A DNA stretch of 53,946 nt, counting the filler, from Basidiobolus ranarum (taxonomy: Eukaryota), in the NCBI GenBank assembly GCA_040143965.1. It is 2 parts of 2 records of this genome, joined end to end, with 100 filler letters (N's around TTAATTAATTAA, not from the genome) between each part and the next. Parts side by side here need not be neighbours in the genome. Positions count along the whole stretch, not along the records: positions 27,028 to 53,946 come from JASJQH010007004.1; 1 more part is not named here. One strand, 5' to 3'. Below are positions 40,629-52,550 of the stretch, one piece after another. How positions within the stretch are numbered: the first letter of the stretch is position 1; every line of letters begins with the position of its first letter. The notes under the pieces are model-generated. The model saw nothing but the letters and a program-made list of their open reading frames with translations. It made no database searches and was not told the origin of the DNA. The position numbers were made by a program, and so were the translations under genes.

Positions 40629-41879
40629 TTAAGCAGAAAGATCCTTCTTGAGGGTACCCATGAAAGCCTTCTTTTCTTCGGCGGTTTGGAAACGACCGTG
40701 ACCGAATTTGGAAGAGGTATCGATGAATTTAAGAGAAACCTTCTCGAGGGCAGATCTCTTGGTGTGAACCAAAAGAGATTTACGAAGGGTTAAGACTCTC
40801 TTCTTGACACCAATACAACATCCCTTGATCATGATGAAGTCCTCCTTGACATTACCGTAATGGGGGAAACCACCCATAGGAGTGATGTTCTTAGCAGTAA
40901 GATCGTATTCAGTACTGGCAGAGCTGTTGTCAGAACCGTTGGCAATACGGTAGATCTTCTTGTTGACCTCAGTACGGTGATGGTAACCGTTTTGACCAGC
41001 ACGAGGAACAGAGTACATAACACGGGAAGGATGCCAAGCACCAATACAAGCGACCTTACGGAGACCCTTGTGAGTCTTACGAGGAAGCTTCTTGGTACCC
41101 CAACGGTGGGTGACACCTTCGAAACCCTTACCCTTGGTAACACCAACAACGTCAACCATCTCGTCTTGTTCGAAAACGGAGGTAACGTCAACGGTCTTCT
41201 CGAAATGTTCTCTGGCCCAGTCAACCTTTTGGGCGATAGAACCACCATTAAGTTGGATTTCGGCAAGGTGAGCCTTCTTTTGACCGATGTTAACCTTACG
41301 GATTTGAGTGTGAGCGATAACACGAACGACGGAGCAGTACTTCTTGATACGTTCTAATTCACGAAGGATGGGCTTGGCACCATCAGCATGCTTCTTGGCA
41401 TACTTGGTGAAAGCCTTCTTCTTGGAACGATACCAGCTCTTGTAGAATCTACGCTTAACTTCATCAGATAAATGTTCAGCCCAGACGGTGGTCAAAGAAC
41501 GAAGACCACGGGGGGTCTCGACGTAACCAACAACACCAACAACAACCATGGCGGGGACCTCAATAATAGTGACAGGTTCGACAATCTCCTTCTTGTGGTT
41601 CTTGGATCCGGGACGGTCCAAGTCACGAACAATGTGGGTCATACCAGCCTTGTAACCTAAGAAGGCGGTCATGTGAACTGGCTTTGAAGGATCATCCTTA
41701 GGGAAAGACTTAACTCTTCCTCTGTGAGTTCTGGAACGTTTACGGGGAAGGAAACCCAAAGAACCGTGGCGGGGAGCCTCGAATTTACGGTGAGACTATA
41801 AAACAAAAAAGTAAGTACACAATTGTCATTCAAACTTGATGGATGTACTCTAGTATCTATCGATAGTAAAACTTACCAT
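40629..41879 (-). CDS. RPL3: 60S ribosomal protein L3 (uL3); intron directly after the ATG
   Basis: [21 protein letters not shown]...[10 protein letters not shown]...[14 protein letters not shown]. Confidence 0.98.
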
Positions 41880-42365
41880 GTTAGTCTAGGATGCGGGAGG
41901 GAGAGGATGGTCTGTGACCTGAAATTAGGAATTTATTGACCCATCAAGTATCGGGAAAGTGAGCCAATTGAAAAAAAACTTTTCATTTTACTGAAATGAT
42001 CGATCTCGAGATTCTAAACCATTGATCTCAGAAAACGTATCATTAAAATTGAGTAATTTCTTCAGTAATTTCATATTAAATGCGCAGCAAACACTGTATT
42101 TAAACAAATAATAGTTGGCTCTTACTCGTTGATTCTTCCGTTAATATATAATGCTAAGAAAAAGATTGTGTTCACACAGTCACATATTAATGAGAATGAT
42201 ATCACTCGAAAGCTGATTATTCTTTTACTCAACAAAATGCTTAATAATTTTAAAGGTCACTAATCGATAGATGAATGTTGTAGGGGAACCAGAATTAGAG
42301 TAAGTGCATGAAAAGTGCTGTTATCGCAATAGTGTAGGGAGAGTATGAGAGTTTGGGGGTATTAT

Positions 42366-42854
42366 TTAGGCACGAGCGTTAACGTGAATCTTGGGCTTAA
42401 CATTGGTGACAGTTTCCAACAATTTAGCCAAGACTTGGGCCTTGTTTTCGTTGAATGCAGCCTCAACAAGCTTAATATGTTCTTGAGTCTCGTTAAGTGT
42501 ATTTTGAGCACCTAGATCGGAGGAACCAAGATGTTCTTGCTCCATTACCTTGAATTCTTGAGCCTTTTCAGCTTTAAGAGTTTCAATTTCCTTAGCAGCT
42601 TCAGAACGAGCCTCCTTTAAACGTTGGACACGGTCTAAATGTGAAGTAAATGAGCTAGTTTAGAAAGTAAAATTTACGGTTTGAAATAGCGATGGTCCCT
42701 ACATTGCTTGGCTTGTTGAACGATTCTAGAGGCCTCTTTCTCGGCTTCGAGAAGAGTTTGAATACCTTGAGAGTTAGATGCAGACTTTTAAAAAAATCGA
42801 GTAAGTTTTGGAAGTATGAGGCAAGTGAGACACGTAATATTAAAAACCAACCAT
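42366..42854 (-). CDS. VMA10: V-ATPase subunit G (3 exons)
   Basis: M|SASNSQGIQTLLEAEKEASRIVQQAKQ|YRVQRLKEARSEAAKEIE...PKIHVNARA. Confidence 0.93.
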
Positions 42855-43710
42855 TTTGAAGTAAGAATAAAGTAAAGAGACAAGCGAGAATTAAGAAAGC
42901 GGTGGCACTGGTATTTAGGCTAAGATATCAAGTTTGAATTTCGAACAACCAGGAATCGAAATCTACATCAATCGGTTTTATTAGAATACCTGGTGAGGTA
43001 TCTGGCCACAGAATTTGAATGAAAGCAAATGGGGCAACGTATCCACGAAACAAGTGGCCCACTTTCATCCACTTATTTAGGGTTTATTGTTTAACTTCTT
43101 TAATATATAATGTATATATATATAGGGTTGTCAGGACAAGTTGATGGATTAATATTTACTTGAATGTCAGGTCTAGAAATTTGGATTCTTGACGTTTCCT
43201 AATTTGGCATGTGATTTCTTTAAATGCTCCCTTGCTTTCACTATTAGTCTTCCATTGTAACGAATGAGTATATGTACACGCATGTCATGTGAGCTACAGT
43301 CATGTGATATCGCTTACTGGGGAGATATCACAATATCGGTAAAAATTATGGAAGGGTAAATGTATATATATGTATATAATTCAACATTTAGCCACATTTT
43401 GAATACTTACGATTCTGATGATCTTTTATTGATGAGCCTACAGTTATTGCCGCGATGGAGTTCGGATAAACTTCAAATTAAGCTTCTTTGTGCTCCAAGA
43501 TTGCAATTCCCAAGGATCGAGTGTGGGCAATTGAGTTACATGTACTTCAACTTGAATGAAAATAACGGAACAAGTTGGAACTATATTTCAGAAATTCCAT
43601 TGGCCAACCACCTTTCATCAAATATGTACAGAAACATCGTGTTTGTAGATTCGCTTATTCTTCAACACATAGTTGGTTTGGAGAGTAAAGGAAGCGTCAT
43701 TTAGAACCTT

Positions 43711-43839
43711 GTGAATGAATGGGTTGTATTGGTTGATTGACAACATGTCTGTAAGTGAATGAATGGGTTGTATTGGTTGATTGACAACATGTCTGTAAGT
43801 GAATGAATGGGTTGTATTGGTTGATTGACAACATGTCTG
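43711..43839. repeat. Perfect 44-bp tandem repeat x2.9
   Basis: GTGAATGAATGGGTTGTATTGGTTGATTGACAACATGTCTGTAA at 43711, 43755 and 43799. Confidence 0.97.
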
Positions 43840-44287
43840 GTTAAAGATTGAGGTTAGATGGAATGGAATGACAGAGCTCATAAAATATTGTTATTGTTAT
43901 TATTTCCACCTTCGATTGATTTAACTTGTCTTTCATCACACACTTCTTCCTCATTTATCATGCATAAATACATAATCTCGTAATGCTAAAGGATTTGAAT
44001 GATTAAAGCTTTACCAGGTTTGCCAGACTTTGAGTATATGTATCACCGACCCTGAGCTTACAAATGTATTAACAGGTGGTAAGTGGTAAGTGATAGATTA
44101 GCCAGTATCATCCGAATGAATATCATGTGATTTGCCCAATTTATCTCGATAACCTTTGATGAGTAACTTGATCATAGAATCCATTTTACTGCATTAGTTT
44201 AATCCATTTTCAGTTCATGTGATGACAATCATCAAGGTGCATTTTTACAAACTTCATTGTTACTCCCAAACGCTCAACTAAGAAACC

Positions 44288-45147
44288 ATGGCGTTAAGGA
44301 GAATTCAAAAGGTGAGATATTCCCATTAGTTTTTATCAATTATGCTTTACTTTAGCCTTATGGGAGGATGTAGTATCTGTTCTATACTATACTTTACGAT
44401 CCAAGAATTTGAATATCTCCTATTGTTGTACTGGCAAACTGATCTAGATTATCGTTTTAGGAACTTGTGGAATTAAGTCAAACTTCCCTCTCTAATATCG
44501 ATGCTGCTCCCGTAGACGATGATAATTTATTATTATGGCAAGGTATTTATTGGAAAGTAAACTTCAATTCTCCCTTTAACTCACTTTCCATTTAACTTTT
44601 ACTTTAGGAACCATTACTGGTTCAGTAAGTGATTCTAATAATAACTTTACAAAAAATCACTTTCCAATTTATTTTCTTCATCAATCTTATAGCCTCTCAC
44701 TCCATACAAAGGGGGCCACTTTAAATTCGAACTGGAATTTCCCATAGATTATCCCTTTAAAGCACCCAAAGTAACTTGTTTATATATCAATTGATTTCAT
44801 ATCAACTTTAATTCATCTAACCATGCTGCTCTAAAGGTTAAGTTTCTGACCAAAATATATCATCCCAATATTGACTCGGACGAAGGCTCCATTTGTATGG
44901 CGTTATTGAAGACTGAAGTATGGAAGCCCTCGGTTAAAATTCACGCAGGTATTTTTCATGATCTTTATGTATTCATAGATCCACTCGTTTATTAAAGTAT
45001 TATTTAGTTCTAATTGCATTGGCAGATTTATTGGATAATCCAAACCCAGATGATGCCATTGTCGGCTCTATTGCTGAGGTATATAATACTGATCAACCAA
45101 GATACATTAAAACCGCTAAAGAATGGACCAAAAAATACGCCTCTTAA
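44288..45147 (+). CDS. Ubiquitin-conjugating enzyme E2 (UBE2D/UBE2L3-like), 6 exons including a 17-nt microexon
   Basis: MALRRIQKEL...[39 protein letters not shown]...AKEWTKKYAS. Confidence 0.9.
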
Positions 45148-45371
45148 ACATACATCGCTTTTGACCTCATAGAGGTACTTCGCAATTCCTAACGAGATTT
45201 TCTCCCCTTGAATCATACGAATTGCTCACTGAAAGAATAAATGGTTGAAATTTCATGTGTTGACTTGTTTATTTGTACACATATCATTTCCTTTGATTAT
45301 TATCACTCATTTATCACTCGAATGGGTATTTTCTATGGAGCCAGTGATAGCTAACGCTTTATTGGTAAAGT

Positions 45372-46339
45372 TTAATAAAATATCACATCTTCTGGACGTA
45401 CTGGATGTTTCAGTGGGATGACACTTTCTTTTTTGACGTCTCGAGCTAATGCCTTTCTCATATCTAATATTAAAGATGGAAAGTAAGTGAAGGTTCATCT
45501 AGTGATAATAAATTCATTCATTACCGAATGCATCTTCCGAATCCACTCCCGAATAATATCCTAACACTCGTCTATATACAGTGTAGCCGAATTTTTCATA
45601 CATTCCAATGGCAACTTTGTTAGATGCTCTTACAAAAAGATCCACAAAGTATCCGTTGTAGCTAAGATAAATCTATGAGTATACACAAATTGGAGAGAGG
45701 AAAGATTATGTTTCCATTGAAAATTTACGTTTTTTCGGATACTTCTTCTAATATATCCATTAACCCATTAGCTAAGCCTAGACGTCGATATTCAGGGGCA
45801 ACAGTTAGAGCAGTAACATGTCCGTGCCATTCTTTGCCACGTCCTTCAGTTTTCCCCATAACTGAAAAAGTACAAGTCTCGTTAGTAAAGATGGAATAAT
45901 ACAAACCAAAAAGTTTGGTGAGGGGAAGACGAAAGTTTACTCAACTGTATCCCATCAAGTTTTTGTTTGGTGACTCAGTAACATGGAAAATATCAGGCCA
46001 GCGAGCTAAATAGCTAAGGTAAAAAGAGATATTATACTATAAAAAAGTACATATGAGTTCTTTCGGGTTTCTTGTAAAAACGAACGTCTTTTCTCTCTCT
46101 CGAGGTTTCTTCATGAAATTCAAGGAATAGATAATTACCGTCTCTGTCAAAACATCCAAATTACTAGTTGAGATAAAAAAAACTTTCGGTTAGGATTAAG
46201 TTATTTTCTAGGGAGAAGATTTCACCAATTGAAATATGTGGTAGAGATAATAACAGATAGAGTTTTTGAGTGTTGAACGAACTTACATGCTATTGAATTT
46301 GAAAAGATCTCCAGTGGTGAAACGACGAATGCTGGTCAT
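45372..46339 (-). CDS. NAT3: NatB catalytic subunit (NAA20), multi-exon
   Basis: MTSIRRFTTGDLFKF, NLDVLTETY, WHGHVTALTVAPEYRRLGLA, FVDLFVRASN and EDAFDMRKAL. Confidence 0.95.
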
Positions 46340-46673
46340 TGTTGTCGATAAAGCTAACTCGAAAAGATGTTCAATCAGAAAAAGAAGGGTGATTTGGAAG
46401 GGCTTCAATAAATATGAATTCTATAATCTCGTATTTGATGAAATACATCTAGATGATGAATCGTAACTTCGAATATATGCTTAATCTTTGTATGCATCGA
46501 AGGTTAGTTAGCAGTGAAAGCAACACGCTTAATTCAGTATGAGTACGATGCATATGGAGCTGTTTAAGTCTATTTTAAAATGATTTATTCAAAGGACCAA
46601 TAGATATAATTTATATGGAAATGAATGTAATTGTTATAATGCTTGAGGATGATGCTAATGCTTAGGGTTAGGT

Positions 46674-48065
46674 TTAAGCCTTGAAGTAGTTGGATGGAAC
46701 AAATGGCATCTTGACAATTTGTGCCTTTTGAACTCTGTTTCTAACTTTAACTGACAATTCTGTACCAGACTTGTGGTATCCAGATTTAACGTATCCGATG
46801 GCAATGTTTTTCTTTAATGATGGAGATGGAACTCCACTGGTAACTTCACCGATCTTCTCTCCTTCAGCGTTCAAAATTTCACTGTGATCTCTAGCTGGGG
46901 CACCTTGAACAATAAGGCCAACTCTTCTTTGAGCCACTCCACCCTTGATTTGAGGGATGATATGTTCAGCACCTAAGAAACCACCCTCCTCACGTCTACG
47001 CTTGCCAATAGTCCAAGTAAGACCAGCCTCAACGGGAGTGATATTCTCGTTCAAATCATTACCATAAAGGCAAAGACCAGCCTCTAAACGAAGAGAATCA
47101 CGAGCACCAAGTCCAGCGAATTCCACATCAGGATTATCAAGTAAGAGCTCGGTAATTCTATTAATCTCAGGGGTGGGGATGGATAACTCATAGCCATCTT
47201 CACCTGTATAGCCAGAACGAGCAATATGGCATTCTACTCCCTTGATGTTGAGGAATTTACCAGTCATGAAATTCATGGATCTTACATCTCCATCCACAAG
47301 ATTTTGTAATGCTTCAGCTGCCTTGGGACCTTGGATAGCGATCAAAGAATGATCGTCGATAATGTTTAACTCAGCATCTCCACCCTTTTGTTGGAACTCT
47401 TGAAGGTGTTTGCGTATGTGTGCCAAGTCTTTGTCGGCACAACCTGCGTTAGACACAATATAAAGAGAATCTTTATGTTGAGAAATAATGGTATCATCAA
47501 TGATACCACCATTCTCGTTGGTGAACACGGAGAGAGTACCACTGCCTAATGGAAGATTCTTGATATCTCCAACACAGAGTTTCTCGATGAAATCGTGTCT
47601 GTCCTTGCCAGTCAATCTATAGGAATTTCAAGTCTTAGTCTACTAGAAAACCAACTGTAATAGCAAACAGGCGTGATAGTTACCTAGTCTGCAACATGTG
47701 AGAGACATCGAAGATAGAGGCCTTTTCACGAGTGTGAAGATGGGATTGCAAGACACCGAGAGAGGCGTACTTCACTGGCATGGAGTAACCGGCATAAGGA
47801 ACCATTTGGGCACCATTTTTGATGTGTAGATCATACAAAGCGGTCTTCTTTAATTCTAAAAATGAAAACCACTTAATAATAATTGCATCACTTCCATATT
47901 AAAATTGATATCAAACCTTGAGTAGCAGTGGCTTCGGCTAAGATTAGTAGTCAATTAGTAAGTGAATGTGTTACAGACCAATTATTCATGAATCTTACCA
48001 GCAGCTGAAGCATAACCACGAGTGGCCACTTTGTTAAAGGTGCGTTGAGCAAAGTTCTTAAGCAT
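46674..48065 (-). CDS. GCV1: Glycine cleavage system T protein (aminomethyltransferase), 4 exons
   Basis: Presequence; LKKTALYDLH, IFDVSHM, RSGYTGEDGYE and GLGARDSLRLEAGLCLYG. Confidence 0.97.
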
Positions 48066-48648
48066 TGTTGACAACTAAGGAGGTAGACGAAAACAGTATA
48101 TGTGAGTGTTAAAGTCGGGAAAGGGCGGTATTTGAACTCTTTTGAAAACCGCCGATATAATCCGATAATCTTGACGATATTTCAGACTTACGATGTAGAT
48201 ATGCTTTAGATGTGTGGCTGACGTTAGATTATCATTGTTCTACGCTGTTAATCTACAGCACAAGATCACATCTCCAAATACAATCTAAAATATTCAAATC
48301 AATTCTGAGATTTCATTCCCTAGTTAGTCACCTATTTTTATTGATTATCAAATGAAATATTCATCGAACGAATTAACCTCATTTGACCATTGACGAATAG
48401 CTCGTGATCCCAAGAGCTACTGGCAATATCCATCAATAGAATGTGACGGTAATATCGAATGATAATTGAGGATATTTGAGGATATTTGATTTTACTTGGT
48501 TCATAGTTAGAATATACCTTTCTCTCGTACAGAATTCCTTATAGTTTACTAACTTATCCCTCCTCTCTGATATTGACAGTAGTTTTCGTAACTGGGTGCT
48601 CGGTTTCTCTATAAATTTAACTTTACGTATCAATAAAATCATTTCTCC

Positions 48649-49327
48649 ATGGATCCTGTAAGTCGACGCTTATTGAAAGAGTTGAGTGAGTTTCGTCGTC
48701 AACCTATATCGGAGCTCAAAGAATTAGAACCTATGGCCGATAATGACTTGATGACTTGGAAGGCTACATTACTAGGACAGAAAGAAACACTCTATGAAGG
48801 TTTATCCACAAACCATTATTACCTACAAGTAACTTCAACTAATAATTTTCCATTGACAGGGGGAGAATTCGAACTTCTAATTAATATTCCACATAACTAT
48901 CCAATCTATCCGCCGAATATTAAATTCCTTACCAGAGTTTGCCATCCAAACGTGCATTTCAAAGTAGAGCTTTTTTACCTTCACTCGTTGATCGTATATA
49001 TCTATATATAGAAGCAAGAATATACTTAAACTGTTATCTTTTAGACAGGGGAGATTTGTCTCGATATACTAAAAACGGCTTGGAGTCCAGCTTGGACTCT
49101 ACAGTCCACTTGCCTTGCTATCAGTCTATTGCTTTCAAATCCCGAGCCTAGTAGCCCGCTAAACTGCGATGCAGGTAAGAGAAACATGGGTTTTAATTCA
49201 AGTGCTAATAGGCCATTAAACATCGTTTTATTTACTCTTGTTAGCGAACTTGTTGAGGTGTGAAGATCAACTAGGTTACAATTCGCTGGTTAGAATGTAT
49301 ACTCAGCTGTATGCTATGAATGAATAA
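48649..49327 (+). CDS. PEX4: Peroxisomal ubiquitin-conjugating enzyme Pex4 (4 exons)
   Basis: [27 protein letters not shown] and PEPSSPLNCDAANLLR are Pex4-type signatures. Confidence 0.85.
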
Positions 49328-49558
49328 AACTATAGCATATATTCAATGTTGGAATGGAAATCAAGTCAGTTAATTTTATATAAAAAATGGATAAAAATGG
49401 ATAAAACGGATTGGGGTACAGATATAATACAAAAAGCATATTGAGGCAAGTTGAGCATGTTAAGAGCTAATCTATGGAAACCAACATTATATGTACGGTC
49501 GTGGTTCGGGATTGAATAGGAATACATAAATATTTATACGTCTAGGGGCTTAGCTAAT

Positions 49559-50669
49559 TCATGCGCTTTGGATTGTGTTGAGCCCATAAGGGGGTGGATT
49601 GGGGTTGCAGTCTTCGGTATTAGTATCAACACACATGCATTCATTAGTTTTCAAGCATGACCTAGGCTCGTACTGAGGAAGAGCTTCAAAAAAGCATTCA
49701 GTCAATTCAGTGGTAACGGTGATAGGGAATCTCAAGCGGATAGATTTCATACACCCACCCTGGTTGAAATTGATCATCACCTCTATCTTGTGTTTGATAG
49801 TGACAAACTCGTTTTTACAATCGTGATGTATCTTTGGGTAGGTCGGTATCTTCAACAGGGCCATTTTCTCATTAGGAGAATTGAAATCCCTGTTATGTGG
49901 AGTAAGATCGATAGAATGTTCTTCCATATGAGATGCACCGTGCTTGGCCAAAGGTGAGTCAATGAGCTCGTACAGCTTGTAAGTTACGTTATGGATATTA
50001 ATACCGGTGACTAGTGGTCGAAAATTAAGTACAAGTGGTAACTCCTCCCCCATTCCCACTACTTTGTGCGCTGCATACAAGTCGTACTCTAAGATGTCCT
50101 TCCATGCATCCGACACATTGATAGGGGGCAATGGTTCGTTCGGATTCGTCAAGGGGAATCTTTTTACAAAAACTTCTTTTTCAGTGGTATGATTAGCGTG
50201 TAAGGAAGTAGTTTCCGCGGTGGCGATCAGCTTATATTTAACACTGATATTGTTACAATGCACAGTTTCTGGCCAAAAACCATCGATTGGAAAGGAAAAC
50301 TTGTAATGATGGCATTTTGCGGGTAAGGTGTACGCGTCCTTGGTTTCAAAAAATACTATCTCATCGTGAGCAAAGCGATGTTTATCGTGAAGTGTTAAAC
50401 TGCCATTTTTCAAAGCTAAGATAATTAAAAGAGCTCTATCAGTATACTAATTGCAGATGCAGATATTAAAGGCTTAAATAGTTACCAGCAGCGCCAGTGA
50501 TTACCCCGTATACTTCTAGTCTAACCGACAACGACTTCAATTTTACAGAGCCTTTGGGGTGTAACTTGACAGCACCAGATAATGTGGAGCCAGTACATTC
50601 CTCAGGACTGCCTCTCAACATAATACTCTGTTGGTTTGTTTCAATATCCAGAGAGAGTTCGTGCATCAT
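49559..50669 (-). CDS. Alpha-arrestin (ART family) adaptor, 2 exons
   Basis: MLRGSPEEC...LSGAVKL, FSFPIDGFWPET, VKYKLIA and IKHKIEV; C-terminal LPQY and PPPY motifs. Confidence 0.85.
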
Positions 50670-51030
50670 GGCAAATTTGGATATAGAATATGATTTAATG
50701 AAGACGTTTTGATGGAGGAAAGAAATTTAGTTAGTGCTTCGTGGGGTTCGGCTTTCTTTATATCTGTCATATGGGCCATCATAATTTCCAAAATGGTAAA
50801 TGTCGGAATTCCACATTTCCTTTAGAATTAATACCCGAACTTCTCCTTAATCGGTTCAGGGTGGTCATCTGTTTGTTGGGTAAATCTTACCAGTAAGCTC
50901 TAATGTCCTTTCGTAGATCTGAGCTTTGGAAAAGTTTATTCTGACACTTATCTAATCATTGGAGTAATACTAACAACAAAGAGATGACGTATGATTATCG
51001 TCACATAGATAGCCAACGAAATGAATGCAT

Positions 51031-51105
51031 AACACATCCCAACACATCCATATCTTACCCATATCTCTATCCCACCCATATCTCACCCATATCCCACCCA
51101 TATCC
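51031..51105. repeat. Degenerate ~10-11 bp minisatellite with CCCATATC core
   Basis: About five CCATATC units in tandem, upstream of the arrestin gene. Confidence 0.75.
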
Positions 51106-52489
51106 TGGGTTAAAAGATATTCCTCTGTTCTGGCTGAATGGTTTGACCTTGGAGTGAGATGGCTTTTATTGGGCATAAGTGAATAAAATGGCCCACATGG
51201 CGAGTTCCATTGGTTATGTGTTCAAAATATTGATTCAAGATTTAGCCAATTTGTCGAGCATTTAAAGTTAGTTCCAACCGGAAGGTTTTGGTTCTACCTG
51301 TGACGGAACAGGACTCATCACGAATTGTTCCTGAGCCCCTCTTATTGAGGTTGGTTTAAGATGAGTGAATCAATTGTTGAAAGTTAATCGATAAGCTAAC
51401 CGATAATGTCACTTGATTATAAATAGAGATTCTAGGCTTAGCTACTGGGAAAGAAAAAAGCCGAATATAGGGTAAACCGCCCCAACAAATACCCGCACCT
51501 GTGAAGTTGGATCCAATGAGGGAATATGGCTACCTCTTTTTCATTCTAAATGGGTGTATGGGTGATCGTGAGCGGTGACCGTGAGCCTCGTAGTTGTCAA
51601 AATAAGGCACGACATTTCATGTAACACCGGTAACATACGATGGTAGAGCAAGTTACCAATGATGTGAAACTAGGAAACGGGACGGAGTCAAACGCCGTGG
51701 AAAAGGAACACTAAAAGGAACGCTCTATTCATCCGCAGATCTAACATAACACAAGATGATGTAAACTTTACTGATTGTCATTCACTTCCTAATCAATCCG
51801 CGTATACTGTATATATGTAGACAAATTATTTAGCCTTAACACATGTTTCTTGTGATTTTCACGAGGAATGTCACCGCTGTGGAACGGAGTAGATATCACC
51901 CGAATAATTAATCCTACACCCGTATACGAAGAGGAAGCACCAACCCAAAACTGCACTCTTGAAATGTAAGATTGGAAGGATATCTTGCAGTATCTAATGT
52001 AGAGACTGCATATCAAAGGCAGTTAAACCCAAGCATTCGTTCCATACCCATTCTAATGCCTAGACATATATCAAACTGAAGCCATTTCCTGCTTTTGGTT
52101 AATAAGCCAGATACTGCTATCTTATCTATCAACTCACTGCATTGACCCGAGATAAATCGTTAAACGCCCCTTTCGGGCAACCAAGGAATTCTATAAACTA
52201 AAAGTTTTTTCTTGGTAAACTTCTGAATTGAGTGGTCTTTTGATTGGATTTTTTGGGTTAGACCATGTAGTCGGGTTCTGATGGGTCAGGATCCAAAGGA
52301 GTGTTTAGTGGCATGTTTCTCCTTCCTGATAAACCATGTGTAACTGACCATCTCTTTCTATTTAAAAATATCTGGATTTTCAAAATCCCTTGTTTATTGC
52401 AATAATGTTCCCCATAATAAAGGGAGTTCAAAACTGTCAAAATGAGATTACAGCTAATAAGCTGATTGTAAATAAGATAATACTTAAGA

Positions 52490-52550
52490 AAATACTCATT
52501 GTGTCATCTAATACATAGATAAATACTCATTGTGTCATCTAATACATAGA
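52490..52550. repeat. 31-bp tandem duplication spanning the acyl-CoA synthetase stop codon
   Basis: AAATACTCATTGTGTCATCTAATACATAGA at 52490 and 52521. Confidence 0.93.

Noticed and set aside
40515-41660. Long antisense and alternate-frame ORFs over RPL3 (similar ones over RPL10, RPL15, RPS10)
   Set aside because: Expected shadows of strong codon bias in ribosomal protein genes.
42177-42184. CAGTCACA (Homol D box) upstream of RPL3
   Set aside because: About 300 nt from the ATG, probably in the VMA10 3' region, and not shared by the RPL10 or RPS10 promoters.
43711-43839. Direct repeats here and at 22511 as a CRISPR-like array
   Set aside because: No unique spacers, eukaryotic context and no cas genes.
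43360-43881. ORFs of 114 aa (+) and 87 aa (-) in the VMA10-E2 intergenic region
   Set aside because: No recognisable motifs; the minus ORF is produced by the tandem repeat.
46450-46556. Possible box C/D snoRNA: ATGATGA, a 12-nt match antisense to the 18S 5' region (GCTTAATCTTTG), and a 9-bp inverted repeat
   Set aside because: No D or D' box follows the antisense stretch and no terminal CTGA is suitably placed; a snoscan/Infernal run could revisit it.
46662-46673. TTAGGGTTAGG telomere-like motif
   Set aside because: Fewer than two units; chance occurrence in a 3' UTR.
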